This document shows, in pieces, positions 46,921 through 56,390 of a DNA stretch of 64,000 nt. The notes under the pieces are model-generated. The model saw only the letters and a list, made by a program, of their open reading frames with translations, was not told the origin of the DNA and did no database searches. The position numbers and the translations under genes were made by a program. Every line of letters starts with the position of its first letter. Position 1 is the first letter of the stretch. This DNA comes from an uncultured virus (IMG/VR IMGVR_UViG_3300042894_002899) (taxonomy: Duplodnaviria; Heunggongvirae; Uroviricota; Caudoviricetes), in IMG/VR virus record IMGVR_UViG_3300042894_002899, positions 1 through 64,000 of that record, one strand, 5' to 3'.

Positions 46921-48519
46921 ATGAATAGAACAGAATATATCCGCTCAAGATTTGAAAAAATCTTATCAGAAAATATTAACGAGAAAGCTAACGAAATTCT
47001 TACCAAACTTAATTTGGATAAAGAAGTCCCATTTGATGCTCCTGGAGGACCTTCTGACTATGTACAAGAAGGTGAAACTTGTGAACAGTGTGGTGGTGAA
47101 ATGAAGGAAGGTGAAACTTGCGAACAGTGTGGTGGAAAAGGTGAAGTTATGGAGTTAGGTGGTATGGATACAGATCACCCAAAATTCGGTAAGTTAAACC
47201 TTAAACAGTTGTCTAGAAAAGAATTGGAAAAACTACTTAGTAGTGATGATGAAGAAGAAGATGACGATGAGTGGGAAGAGGTTGATTTAGATGCGGAGAC
47301 TGACTGGTCTAAATTAGAGGAAGAGATTGAGGAAGAACTTCACGGAAAACAACGCAAGTTAGATAAAAATAAAAATGGTAGACTCGATAAAGAAGATTTC
47401 AAGATGTTAAGAAAAAAACACATGGAAGAAAATGACGAAGATACTGAACCTTTATATGAAGTAGAATTTGAATTAGATTTGAATGAATACTCAATGGGTG
47501 ACGACGATCTTGAGGTAGTGAAACCATACGGTGATTTCTCAACAGATAGTCCTAATATTAAACCAGGTAGAAACCAAGTTAAAAATGTTGGAGATAAATA
47601 TCAAAGAAAGATCTCTAAAAAATTTGACGATTATGAGTTAGAAGAGGGTGAGACTGAAGAAGGAAATGCGTTTACAGGAGCTTTAGCTCAAGCTAAAAAA
47701 GAAGGTAAAAATTCTTTTGAAGTTGATGGTAAAAAATATGGTGTTAAAGAGTCATATCGCAATAACAAATCTAAAGTGACCAAAAATATTATTTTTACAG
47801 AGAACGAACTTATCTCCCTTATCGAAAAAATGATTAACGAAGAGAAAAACTCTTTCAATATGAAAGAACCTAAAGGGTATGTTGAATATGAGAAAGCACA
47901 CAAAAAAGATAAGAAAGAAAACGAAGATTATTTAAAGAGTGTTGCTAAAAAAATGACTGACTACCTTAAAGGTGCATCTGATGGAGGGTCTAAATATGAA
48001 ATGAAAGAAACTCAAAAATTCCCAACTGAAAATGGTGGAATGAAAAAAGGTAACAGAAAGAAATATACACCATCTGATGCTGTTGATGAATATATCGATG
48101 CATTCTCATATCCTGGTCAAACTAATTTAGTGTATGATGAGATTAAACCTAATGATGAGTGGATTGAAGCTAATTTAGTTGGTTCTTCTAAAACAGGTAA
48201 TGCTCAAGTTGATAAAGACGGAAATGCGTTAGGTAATGTTGTACCAAGTGAGGTAGGTGAAAAATTCCTTAAAAACTTCAGAGACAACCTTTACGGTCAA
48301 GAACAAATGGATGCGTCATATCAAAGACAACCACAACCTGTTGATCAAGCTGGTGAGACTACTGAAAGAGGTACTCTTAAATCTAAAAGAGGTAAAAAAA
48401 CGGCTCAAAGTGTACTTAACAAGTTAGACGAATCTGTTAATGAAAAAGAAACTCTAAAGTTAAATGAGGAATTTAACAGAATACAACAGTTAATGGGGTA
48501 CCAACAAAAAACACAATAA
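46921..48519 (+). CDS. Acidic modular protein, putative prohead core/internal protein
   Basis: EGETCEQCGG x2, EF-hand-like DKNKNGRLDKEDF, internal IIFTENELISLIEKMINEE, C-terminal LNEEFNRIQQLMGY; TATTTAT at 46900. Confidence 0.65.
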   Translation: MNRTEYIRSRFEKILSENINEKANEILTKLNLDKEVPFDAPGGPSDYVQEGETCEQCGGEMKEGETCEQCGGKGEVMELGGMDTDHPKFGKLNLKQLSRKELEKLLSSDDEEEDDDEWEEVDLDAETDWSKLEEEIEEELHGKQRKLDKNKNGRLDKEDFKMLRKKHMEENDEDTEPLYEVEFELDLNEYSMGDDDLEVVKPYGDFSTDSPNIKPGRNQVKNVGDKYQRKISKKFDDYELEEGETEEGNAFTGALAQAKKEGKNSFEVDGKKYGVKESYRNNKSKVTKNIIFTENELISLIEKMINEEKNSFNMKEPKGYVEYEKAHKKDKKENEDYLKSVAKKMTDYLKGASDGGSKYEMKETQKFPTENGGMKKGNRKKYTPSDAVDEYIDAFSYPGQTNLVYDEIKPNDEWIEANLVGSSKTGNAQVDKDGNALGNVVPSEVGEKFLKNFRDNLYGQEQMDASYQRQPQPVDQAGETTERGTLKSKRGKKTAQSVLNKLDESVNEKETLKLNEEFNRIQQLMGYQQKTQ

Positions 48520-48566
48520 TTTACATTATTGAGTAATCCCTTATAATTTTTTCATAGTTGATAACT

Positions 48567-49034
48567 ATGGATAATTTTCTTAACTACATAACTAAAAATC
48601 TTGACCCTGAACAAGTTGATATCTGGTTCAGGGTCAATAATATTATACCGGAGAAGATGGAATTGTATTACGATCTCTCCTATAGTCTGTACCTACTAAT
48701 TAGAACAACTTATTTAGGTTATGACGATGACTTTAGTGAAACTAAAGTTAAAATGACACCTGAGGATAATCAAAACCACTTTGATTGGTGTTGGAATAAG
48801 ACAATCGAAAACTTCAAGAAAGAGAACATTAATTTTGAATTAAAGGGGGAACATTATGATTACTTCCTTAATTTATTTGTTGAGATTTATTACACACAAG
48901 GTAAAGATGTTGTCAGAAACTCAATAGATCTATTCTTTAACGATTTGTTTAATCGAGACAAACCATTTACTCAAGTGGATTTAGATTTAGTATTCAATAT
49001 ATATAAAAGTTTGGATAAAAATCTAATTATATAA
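48567..49034 (+). CDS. Hypothetical protein
   Basis: ORF after TTTACA-N16-TATAAT (48520-48547). Confidence 0.65.
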   Translation: MDNFLNYITKNLDPEQVDIWFRVNNIIPEKMELYYDLSYSLYLLIRTTYLGYDDDFSETKVKMTPEDNQNHFDWCWNKTIENFKKENINFELKGEHYDYFLNLFVEIYYTQGKDVVRNSIDLFFNDLFNRDKPFTQVDLDLVFNIYKSLDKNLII

Positions 49035-49097
49035 CCTTTACAAAGTCAATAGGGGTTATTACTATAGACTTAATAAACATTAATTTTTTACGTTAAA

Positions 49098-49268
49098 ATG
49101 GAAACTTTAGAAAAAATTAAAGACCTTACCGAACAATTGAGTATCGACGTTACTAAGTTTTATGATGGTAATAAAAGTGCCGGAACTAGAGCAAGAAAAA
49201 CATCACAAGATTTAAAAAATCTTATTCAACAATTGAGAGGAGAGATTCTTGAGGAAAGAAAAAAATAA
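49098..49268 (+). CDS. Histone H1-like Hc1-family small protein (56 aa, not in ORF track)
   Basis: GNKSAGTRARK..xxLK.L...LR motif; TTTACA-N17-TACTAT upstream (49037-49065). Confidence 0.75.
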   Translation: METLEKIKDLTEQLSIDVTKFYDGNKSAGTRARKTSQDLKNLIQQLRGEILEERKK

Positions 49269-49273
49269 TTAAA

Positions 49274-49468
49274 ATGAAGGAATTGGATATTTTACTATTA
49301 TTTGTGTTCGTATTATCATGTGTATTTACTGCTAATACGATAATCAAAATAATTGGACTTATTTTAAGTGACGAACCAAAACAAATAACCTACAACCGAA
49401 TTGAAAAAATATCCAATTACTTCTTCTTTTCCTATTTAATAACTTATTTTATAACCAACATAATATAA
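49274..49468 (+). CDS. Small two-TM membrane protein
   Basis: Two hydrophobic segments. Confidence 0.55.
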   Translation: MKELDILLLFVFVLSCVFTANTIIKIIGLILSDEPKQITYNRIEKISNYFFFSYLITYFITNII

Positions 49469-49469
49469 T

Positions 49470-49904
49470 ATGTATAACGAACTTAAAGACATATTCCAAT
49501 ACCTAATCTCGGTTAGAAAATTAAAACAATATCTAACTATTGATATTGAATTCCCAAATCACTGGAAAATCCCGAAAAAATTTGTTCAGGAGGACAAAAT
49601 TGTTGAAAATGATAAGGTGAATGATGGGTATAGATTTTTCTCCTTCGTTAGTGAACTTGATGAAAGACAACTTAATAAAACGGTTGAAAACATTAGAAAT
49701 ATTATTGATTACAATAAGGAAATTGAAATGAAGGAAAAATTATTAAAACAGAAGATTGACGAATTAAAAAGAGTTTTTGAAAGTGAAAACCTTGATAAAT
49801 TACAATCTTTAAAATTTGACATACTTGAAGAAAAATTAGATGATGGAGAAGAAGTTATCAACACGAGAGGAACAGGCAGTGGACTGGTTGAGGAACGAGA
49901 TTGA
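49470..49904 (+). CDS. Hypothetical protein
   Basis: ORF in operon. Confidence 0.65.
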   Translation: MYNELKDIFQYLISVRKLKQYLTIDIEFPNHWKIPKKFVQEDKIVENDKVNDGYRFFSFVSELDERQLNKTVENIRNIIDYNKEIEMKEKLLKQKIDELKRVFESENLDKLQSLKFDILEEKLDDGEEVINTRGTGSGLVEERD

Positions 49905-50043
49905 AAAAGATAAGACCGAACTAGACAAACAAAAACAAAGAATAATTGAGTCTTTAAAAGACTTTAAAAAAGAAGACATTGCGAAACCTAAAGAAAAACT
50001 AACATTATGGAAGAAGATAAAAAGAGTGTTGACGGGGTCTTAG
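49840..50043 (+). CDS. Hypothetical protein
   Basis: Overlapping ORF with amphipathic C-terminus LWKKIKRVL. Confidence 0.55.
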   Translation: MMEKKLSTREEQAVDWLRNEIEKDKTELDKQKQRIIESLKDFKKEDIAKPKEKLTLWKKIKRVLTGS

Positions 50044-50336
50044 AAAATTTGGCTTTGATTACCGATGCAATGCAAACATTATTTCCTGAAGGTAAGATGA
50101 TCTGTGTTTTCGAATTAAATGACGAGGATTTCAAAAAAGTCCAAACGAATTTTAGAAAAATTGACAGAGGACATAAGAAATTCTCTATAGATATGTCTGG
50201 TGTTGAACATGTGTTCATTCATGAAGACAGTGTTGATTACTCATTTGAGGAACCTAAAAAAGAAGAACCCAAAAAAATTAAAAACCCCCTTAAAAGATTT
50301 TTATCTAGGTTTGTAGGTGGTGGATCGTCTGTATAG
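50007..50336 (+). CDS. Hypothetical protein
   Basis: ORF in operon. Confidence 0.55.
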   Translation: MEEDKKSVDGVLENLALITDAMQTLFPEGKMICVFELNDEDFKKVQTNFRKIDRGHKKFSIDMSGVEHVFIHEDSVDYSFEEPKKEEPKKIKNPLKRFLSRFVGGGSSV

Positions 50337-50939
50337 TGATTGTTTACTAATACCCATCTCAGACAAAATATCGTATAGATACTTCTTTTGTGGTTTAGAA
50401 GTCTCAATAACAATAATAGAATCACCCCTACCCTTATCGATCAAATAGTCATTCAGACTTTCCAAAAACCTACGAGACTCATCCTCATCTTTTAGTGAAA
50501 ACAATTTAACATCGTCATCATTCTGAACAACAACCTTGTTGTTTAACCTTGAGATTAACTTTAGAGAACTTTTAGGTAGATACTTTCTAACAAACTCCTC
50601 AGTGGTTATCTTCTTATTCAAGTTAACATCAAATATTTTCTCCGGTACTTTGTATTTGGAAACCTTTATAATTTTATAATCAGGATCATCAAGGTTAACC
50701 AATATGTTTCTACCAAATTCATCCTTAACAAATAACTTATCGAAGTTATCGTCATTCTTTTTTAATAGACAAAGCTCATAATCACAAGATCTTGCATTTT
50801 CTACTTTAGTCTCAAAAATAACAGACTTATTATCCTCCATCATTTTATTATAATAGGACTCGGCCCTCTCAAAGGTCTTAAATCGGTTGATTATTTTCTT
50901 TCTTTCCTTATTTTTAAACAATACCACAAGGTAATTCAT
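50301..50939 (-). CDS. Hypothetical basic protein
   Basis: Start placed at MNYLVVLFKNK to avoid overlap with dnaJ. Confidence 0.65.
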   Translation of the reverse strand: MNYLVVLFKNKERKKIINRFKTFERAESYYNKMMEDNKSVIFETKVENARSCDYELCLLKKNDDNFDKLFVKDEFGRNILVNLDDPDYKIIKVSKYKVPEKIFDVNLNKKITTEEFVRKYLPKSSLKLISRLNNKVVVQNDDDVKLFSLKDEDESRRFLESLNDYLIDKGRGDSIIVIETSKPQKKYLYDILSEMGISKQSLYRRSTTYKPR

Positions 50940-50968
50940 AAAACAATTATAATAGTTTGTCTCGATAA

Positions 50969-51895
50969 ATGAATAATGAAAATTTTTACAACGTATTAGG
51001 GGTCTCAGAAACCGCAACTCAAGATGAGATTAAAAAGGCTTATCGTAAGTTGGCAAAAGAAAATCACCCTGATGCTGGTGGAAATGAAGACATATTCAAA
51101 AAAATCTCAGTTGCTTATGATACCGTAGGTGATGAACAGAAGAGACAACAATACGATGCTCAGAGAAATAACCCATTTGGCGGGTTCGGTAATATGGATG
51201 ATGTATTCTCACAAATGTTTGGTGGAAGACGACCAAATAACCAACAAAGACCGGTACATACCTCAAATATCACGGTTAATATTGGTGTGTTAGATTCTTA
51301 TAGGGCAAAGAAACATTCATTATCTTATCGTAGACAAGCGATGTGTGAACCATGTAATGGTGGTGGTGGTGATAAGACCACTTGTAATGGTTGTGGGGGT
51401 TCTGGTGTGATTGTAAGACAAGTAGGGTCAGGAGCATTTGTACAATTAATGCAAATGGCGTGTGATGTGTGTGGTGGTACAGGATCAAAAATCATTAACC
51501 CTTGTTTTTTATGTAGTGGTATCGGATCAAAACCTGAAATGAAAAGTGTTGATATCTCATTACCACATGGAATTGATAACGGGCAATTCCTAAGACTTCA
51601 AGGAATGGGAGATTTTAGGAATGGTACATATGGTGATTTAGTCGTTAGAATTGACCTTAGACCTCAAGATGGTTTTGACAAAATTGGTAATCATTTGGTC
51701 TACAACTCGTTCTTAACACTTGATGATTTAAAAAACGGAAATATGATCGTACCTCATCCTGATGGTGAGTTAAACGTTAAAATGCCGAAAAAAGTTGATA
51801 CCTCAATACCATTAAGAGTTAAATCTAAAGGGTTTAGAACAGATACCGTTGGGGATCTGATGATTAATCAATACGTTAAGTTTGAGAGGGATTAA
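50969..51895 (+). CDS. dnaJ: DnaJ co-chaperone (class A)
   Basis: J domain with HPD, G/F linker, four CxxCxGxG repeats, GDLVV C-terminal domain. Confidence 0.93.
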   Translation: MNNENFYNVLGVSETATQDEIKKAYRKLAKENHPDAGGNEDIFKKISVAYDTVGDEQKRQQYDAQRNNPFGGFGNMDDVFSQMFGGRRPNNQQRPVHTSNITVNIGVLDSYRAKKHSLSYRRQAMCEPCNGGGGDKTTCNGCGGSGVIVRQVGSGAFVQLMQMACDVCGGTGSKIINPCFLCSGIGSKPEMKSVDISLPHGIDNGQFLRLQGMGDFRNGTYGDLVVRIDLRPQDGFDKIGNHLVYNSFLTLDDLKNGNMIVPHPDGELNVKMPKKVDTSIPLRVKSKGFRTDTVGDLMINQYVKFERD

Positions 51896-52053
51896 AGGAA
51901 CGAAATGAGGTCTTTAATAAATGATATGATTCCGTAAATACCGAATGCAAAAAATATACCACCACCGATTAGAACAAATCTTTGTGTGTTTTGAACTTGT
52001 TGACTTTCTTCACAAGTCCTACATTTAACTTCTGTTGCTTTTTGTTCTTTCAT
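51892..52053 (-). CDS. 53-aa CxxC + TM microprotein (not in ORF track)
   Basis: MKEQKATEVKCRTCEE...FVLIGGGIFFAFGIYGIISFIKDLISFL; TATTTAA variant upstream. Confidence 0.6.
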   Translation of the reverse strand: MKEQKATEVKCRTCEESQQVQNTQRFVLIGGGIFFAFGIYGIISFIKDLISFL

Positions 52054-52077
52054 ACCTATAATTTAAATAGTTGATAG

Positions 52078-52108
52078 TTGAAAATAAATATTAAAAAACG
52101 TATATTTG
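52078..52108 (+). promoter_or_regulatory. Bacteroidota-type promoter TTG-N20-TATATTTG
   Basis: Matches -33/-7 consensus; 4 nt before the methyltransferase ATG. Confidence 0.65.
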
Positions 52109-52112
52109 TACC

Positions 52113-52952
52113 ATGATTTCATATATAGGAGGTAAGAGTAAGATTGGAAAGTGGATTGTCCCTTTCTACGATAAAAATATGGAGGTTTATTTAGAGACCT
52201 TTGGGGGAATGTATTGGTGTTTCTATAATATGGACCTCAAGCAATACCCCAACTTAAAGAAAGTTGTTTATAACGACTTTAATCCCCTCAATTACAATTT
52301 GTTTCAGTGTGTGCAAAACCCAACTGAATTATTGAGATCAATCAATGCGATTGATTGTCAAAAACAAGGTGTGGATCTAACACCTGAATTGTATCGTGAA
52401 CAATTTTTCAGCTTTCAGGCTGATATTTTTAACAAAGATTTCAGGGTACAGGCTTATGATTATGAAACTGCTGCTAAGTATGTCTATATTTTAACACAAG
52501 TCTTTAGTGGGTCAAAACCCGAAACATCAAAATTTATTGACTTAAAAGGAAAATATAAGTCGAAATATCTTACCTTTAGAGACAAGTTAATGAAACCTGA
52601 TTGGGTAGATCACTTCTTAAAGATTACGGATGTTGAGAATATGGATTTCGCTGATGTGATCAATAAGTATGACTCACCATCTACTTACATTTACTTGGAC
52701 CCACCTTATTGGAAAACCGAGAATTACTACTCCAATCATGATTTCGATAGACAAGATCATGAGAGGTTGGCAAATGTTCTACATGGGGTTCAGGGTAAGT
52801 TTTCTTTGTCGTATTATGACTTTGATTTACTACACGAATGGTTCCCTGAAGATCGATATACTTGGGTTAGAAAAGAGTTTGCTAAGGCGGCAGCGGCTAA
52901 GAAAGGGGAGAAACAAAACATGGGTGAGGAATTACTCATCATGAATTATTAA
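52113..52952 (+). CDS. DNA adenine N6-methyltransferase, Dam/D12 class
   Basis: YIGGKSK, ETFGG, VYNDFN, YLDPPY, ELLIMNY. Confidence 0.9.
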   Translation: MISYIGGKSKIGKWIVPFYDKNMEVYLETFGGMYWCFYNMDLKQYPNLKKVVYNDFNPLNYNLFQCVQNPTELLRSINAIDCQKQGVDLTPELYREQFFSFQADIFNKDFRVQAYDYETAAKYVYILTQVFSGSKPETSKFIDLKGKYKSKYLTFRDKLMKPDWVDHFLKITDVENMDFADVINKYDSPSTYIYLDPPYWKTENYYSNHDFDRQDHERLANVLHGVQGKFSLSYYDFDLLHEWFPEDRYTWVRKEFAKAAAAKKGEKQNMGEELLIMNY

Positions 52953-52995
52953 TTTTTTTAGGAAATCAAATATTTATTAATAAAATATACAAAAA

Positions 52996-54372
52996 ATGTC
53001 ATTACTTTTTAAAAACCTACTGAAAGATCTTATTGTGGAAAATTCTCGTTTCCAAGTTCTTTATAACAAATTCGTGAAACCAAAAGATAAGGGTCAAAAA
53101 GGTATATTACCTTTTGAAACACTATTCGCATTAATTGCTGCTGACCCTACGTCTAGTTTCCCTGATGGTATGGATATAGACAACGTAACACCAAAAGATA
53201 TGGATCGAGTTAAGATCGGTAAATACACTCAGTGGTTATTGAAAAACTTTATCACCCCAAAATTGGAATCAAATCACCCATTAAATATTTTGGACCCTCA
53301 ATCTGGCCAATATAAATCTGCTTTAAAAGAGTTCCAACACTTATTTATGGAAGACTTATATAAGGTGACTGGTGACCTTAAAAAATTTGAAAGATTCAAA
53401 AATCGTTTACCGCAAGAACTTCGTGACATTAATAAGTTGACAGTAGATACGTTGTATGATCAAGTTAAAGACTTCAGTTTAGAAAAAACTAAGGCAACTA
53501 AAGATGAGAAAAAAGCGGCTTCTAAAACTTATGAACACCCAGGTGCTGATGTTGTTTATCGTGGTCAAGATTGGACGGTTGCTAAAATTTCTGATACAGG
53601 TCAAATCGGTAAAGACGCGGCTTGTTTCTATGGTGGTTCATACCAAGAGCCAGGTAAAGGTGAAACAAGATGGTGTACGTCATCACCAGGATTAACTTGG
53701 TTTGATAGGTACATTAAAGATGGACCATTATATGTGGTAATTCCAAATAAAGGAACCACATTCCAAGGACAAAAAGAATTAGGTGATGTATCTGGTCTTC
53801 CAGCACTTCGTTATCAATTCCACTTCCCATCTAATCAGTTTATGGATCCTGCCGACAGACAGATCAATTTGATTGATTTCTTGAATACAAATGAGGAAGG
53901 TTTGAAACAATTCTTTAAGCCTGAGTTTATGAAATCATTATCAGGTGATAAAGGAAGTAAAGTACAAGTGGAATATCCTAATGACTCGGCATCGAAGTTC
54001 ATAGCCCTTTATGGATTTGATGAGTTCTTTGAATCATTACCTGATAACCTTGAAAGATTCACATTCAAGAATTCAAGTAGAGATAGTAAGTTTGCACTTA
54101 ACATTCCTGAGGACATCGGTAGATTTAAAAATCTTACAGCACTTAATTTAGTAGGGTGTGTTGCTTCGATTCCTGAATCTATCTGTAACTTACCTAACCT
54201 ACAATATTTGTCTTTACCTGACAACCCACAACTTCAAAAATTACCGGAATGTATTGGTAACATGGAAAACTTGATGGTATTGAATATACCTGGAGGCGGA
54301 GGTAAAGGAGTAATTCCAAAATCTGTTTATGACAGAGCAGAAAGAGATGAAGACTTCCACATCTTTGAATAA
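52996..54372 (+). CDS. Protein with TRWCTS domain and C-terminal leucine-rich repeats
   Basis: AACFYG...TRWCTSS...YQFHF..QFMD; IPEDIGRFKNLTALNL / IPESICNLPNLQYLSL / LPECIGNMENLMVLNI. Confidence 0.75.
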   Translation: MSLLFKNLLKDLIVENSRFQVLYNKFVKPKDKGQKGILPFETLFALIAADPTSSFPDGMDIDNVTPKDMDRVKIGKYTQWLLKNFITPKLESNHPLNILDPQSGQYKSALKEFQHLFMEDLYKVTGDLKKFERFKNRLPQELRDINKLTVDTLYDQVKDFSLEKTKATKDEKKAASKTYEHPGADVVYRGQDWTVAKISDTGQIGKDAACFYGGSYQEPGKGETRWCTSSPGLTWFDRYIKDGPLYVVIPNKGTTFQGQKELGDVSGLPALRYQFHFPSNQFMDPADRQINLIDFLNTNEEGLKQFFKPEFMKSLSGDKGSKVQVEYPNDSASKFIALYGFDEFFESLPDNLERFTFKNSSRDSKFALNIPEDIGRFKNLTALNLVGCVASIPESICNLPNLQYLSLPDNPQLQKLPECIGNMENLMVLNIPGGGGKGVIPKSVYDRAERDEDFHIFE

Positions 54373-54390
54373 GATTGAACTCAAATATAT

Positions 54391-54420
54391 AACCCACCTT
54401 CATGGTGGGTTTTTTATTTT
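54391..54420 (+). terminator. Intrinsic terminator
   Basis: AACCCACC / GGTGGGTT stem plus T tract. Confidence 0.85.
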
Positions 54421-54438
54421 ATAGGGTATTTATCATAT

Positions 54439-54840
54439 ATGAAAATAATCATTACAGAATCACAACTTAGTCTCCTTAAAGAAAGTTCAATTGTTGATAT
54501 GGATCTTCAGGAACTATATGATAGGGCTTTGAAATTAAAGAAGGTGGTTACCAGAATGATTAAAAAAGAATTGGAGGATTATTATTGGTTTGATGATTTA
54601 CAGGTTGATATTGATAGAGATTGGGGAGGTCTTCCTGTTTACAATTTTATACTCAAAATAAATTTATCAATACCTAACGATGAATTTTATAGTAAAAAAT
54701 TAGGTAAAGAACTCCATGATAAAATAGGTGATGTCTTTAGTGAATATTTCCCACATGTCAATAAACATACTCAATATAATTTGACAGGTACTTGGGCGGG
54801 GTTTATCCAAGACAATGAACTCTTTACAATTATTATTTAA
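54439..54840 (+). CDS. MKIIITESQ-leader family protein
   Basis: MKIIITESQLSLLKE; TATTTAT at 54427. Confidence 0.75.
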   Translation: MKIIITESQLSLLKESSIVDMDLQELYDRALKLKKVVTRMIKKELEDYYWFDDLQVDIDRDWGGLPVYNFILKINLSIPNDEFYSKKLGKELHDKIGDVFSEYFPHVNKHTQYNLTGTWAGFIQDNELFTIII

Positions 54841-54855
54841 GACTATTTATTCAAT

Positions 54856-55230
54856 ATGAAATTCCTAATCACTCAAGAACAATTTGATTTATTGAACGAA
54901 GTTTATAGAAGAGATCGTTTTGATGCTGAGTATAGTGACGAATACCCAAAGTATAAAAGTATGTTTATAAAGACCTTGAAAAAGGACGTTACATCTTGGG
55001 GTGAAGCTCATGGATCGATATATCTAATGGGTTCGGAGGGTCAAGCTCTATTTGCGTACAGAAAAGGATCTAAAACTTTATATTATGATTATTCCATTGA
55101 TCGTGAAATGGAAGACGTGATTCCTAATCATATAGTATCAAGACATTTAAAGAACGCAGTATACGACTACTTCAAAGGACTATTTCCTGATGTAGAAATA
55201 AAAGAAGTAAGTGGTGCAAATATTGGTTAG
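54856..55230 (+). CDS. MKIIITESQ-leader family protein
   Basis: MKFLITQEQFDLLNE; TATTTAT at 54844. Confidence 0.75.
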   Translation: MKFLITQEQFDLLNEVYRRDRFDAEYSDEYPKYKSMFIKTLKKDVTSWGEAHGSIYLMGSEGQALFAYRKGSKTLYYDYSIDREMEDVIPNHIVSRHLKNAVYDYFKGLFPDVEIKEVSGANIG

Positions 55231-55232
55231 TT

Positions 55233-55787
55233 ATGAAAATAATAATATCTGATAACCAATATAGTCTTTTAAAAGAATCAATTAATCTTAAAAATATTGA
55301 GGGAATTAAAAAGTATTGGAGAAACCAACAAAAAAAAGGTGAACAAATTAGATTTAGTAAAGAAGAATTGGAATTTTGGGGTATCACTAAAAGACAAGAA
55401 AAATTTTATGCTCAAGCCGCATTTCGAGAATTAGTTGGGGATGAAGTATTTACTAAAAAATTTATTAAACAATTAATTGGTAAAACATTTTCAACAAAAG
55501 ACTTTAATGAAAAAATTGTTGGTGGATATGATTTTGAGTGGGTAATCACTGATATGGAATATAGAGATTATGATTTTTATTTATATGGAAAAACATTACC
55601 GGGAGGAACTGTTACTCTTATGGATGGTAGACACTTATCGTTAAATGAAGCGATAAAAGATGAAGATATAGGTTGGGAAATCAAAGAGGAAATAAAAGAC
55701 GCTGTTTTAGAGTGTATGGATGACATAATTTTACCGGTAACAGGAAATGAAATAATATCAATAGATTTAAAAATATCTAAAGAATGA
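55233..55787 (+). CDS. MKIIITESQ-leader family protein
   Basis: MKIIISDNQYSLLKE. Confidence 0.75.
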   Translation: MKIIISDNQYSLLKESINLKNIEGIKKYWRNQQKKGEQIRFSKEELEFWGITKRQEKFYAQAAFRELVGDEVFTKKFIKQLIGKTFSTKDFNEKIVGGYDFEWVITDMEYRDYDFYLYGKTLPGGTVTLMDGRHLSLNEAIKDEDIGWEIKEEIKDAVLECMDDIILPVTGNEIISIDLKISKE

Positions 55788-56371
55788 AAATAATAATTAC
55801 AGAATCACAATATAGTATGTTATCTGAGGAAAACCTTAGAAAATTTTGTTATGCGGTTTGGGATAAACAAAAAAAGAAAGGTGAAGAACCCCATATGGAT
55901 GATGTAATTTATGACGTGACTGGTATTAGAAAAAATAGTACGGATGACTTTGAAATTATTAGACCAATTTGGTATGAATATAATGGAGGTTTTATGAACA
56001 TCTTTAAAAGAATGAAAAATGAAATCGAAGGAAAAACTTTCCAAATAGTAGATGGTTTTGGAAACCTAAACACAAAAATCAAAATTTATGATCTTGAACC
56101 GTATGGTACGGAGGATAGTGGTAGAGGTGTTGAGATTTTAACACACGTCGACGAACAAGGGACTATGGATTTTTTTATGTATGAAGAAGGTACTGATAAT
56201 GAAATAGAGGTGAATGATACCATAGAAGCGGCATATGTTGAAGCGCTAGCCAATTATGAAAGTAGTGATCTTTTTGGTTATTTAAGAGGTGAGGTTTTTA
56301 CTTTCCTTCTTGACAAATTAGAAAAATATGGTATTCCAATTGATGTGGATGTTGATCTAAAAGAATTTTAA
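55784..56371 (+). CDS. MKIIITESQ-leader family protein, likely paralog of 55233
   Basis: MKIIITESQYSMLSEE; W..QxKKGE and GKTF shared with the previous ORF. Confidence 0.75.
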   Translation: MKIIITESQYSMLSEENLRKFCYAVWDKQKKKGEEPHMDDVIYDVTGIRKNSTDDFEIIRPIWYEYNGGFMNIFKRMKNEIEGKTFQIVDGFGNLNTKIKIYDLEPYGTEDSGRGVEILTHVDEQGTMDFFMYEEGTDNEIEVNDTIEAAYVEALANYESSDLFGYLRGEVFTFLLDKLEKYGIPIDVDVDLKEF

Positions 56372-56390
56372 TTTTATATTTATTATCACT

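Noticed and set aside
52113..52952. Restriction-modification system
   Set aside because: No adjacent endonuclease; looks like an orphan protective methyltransferase, and its target cannot be read from sequence
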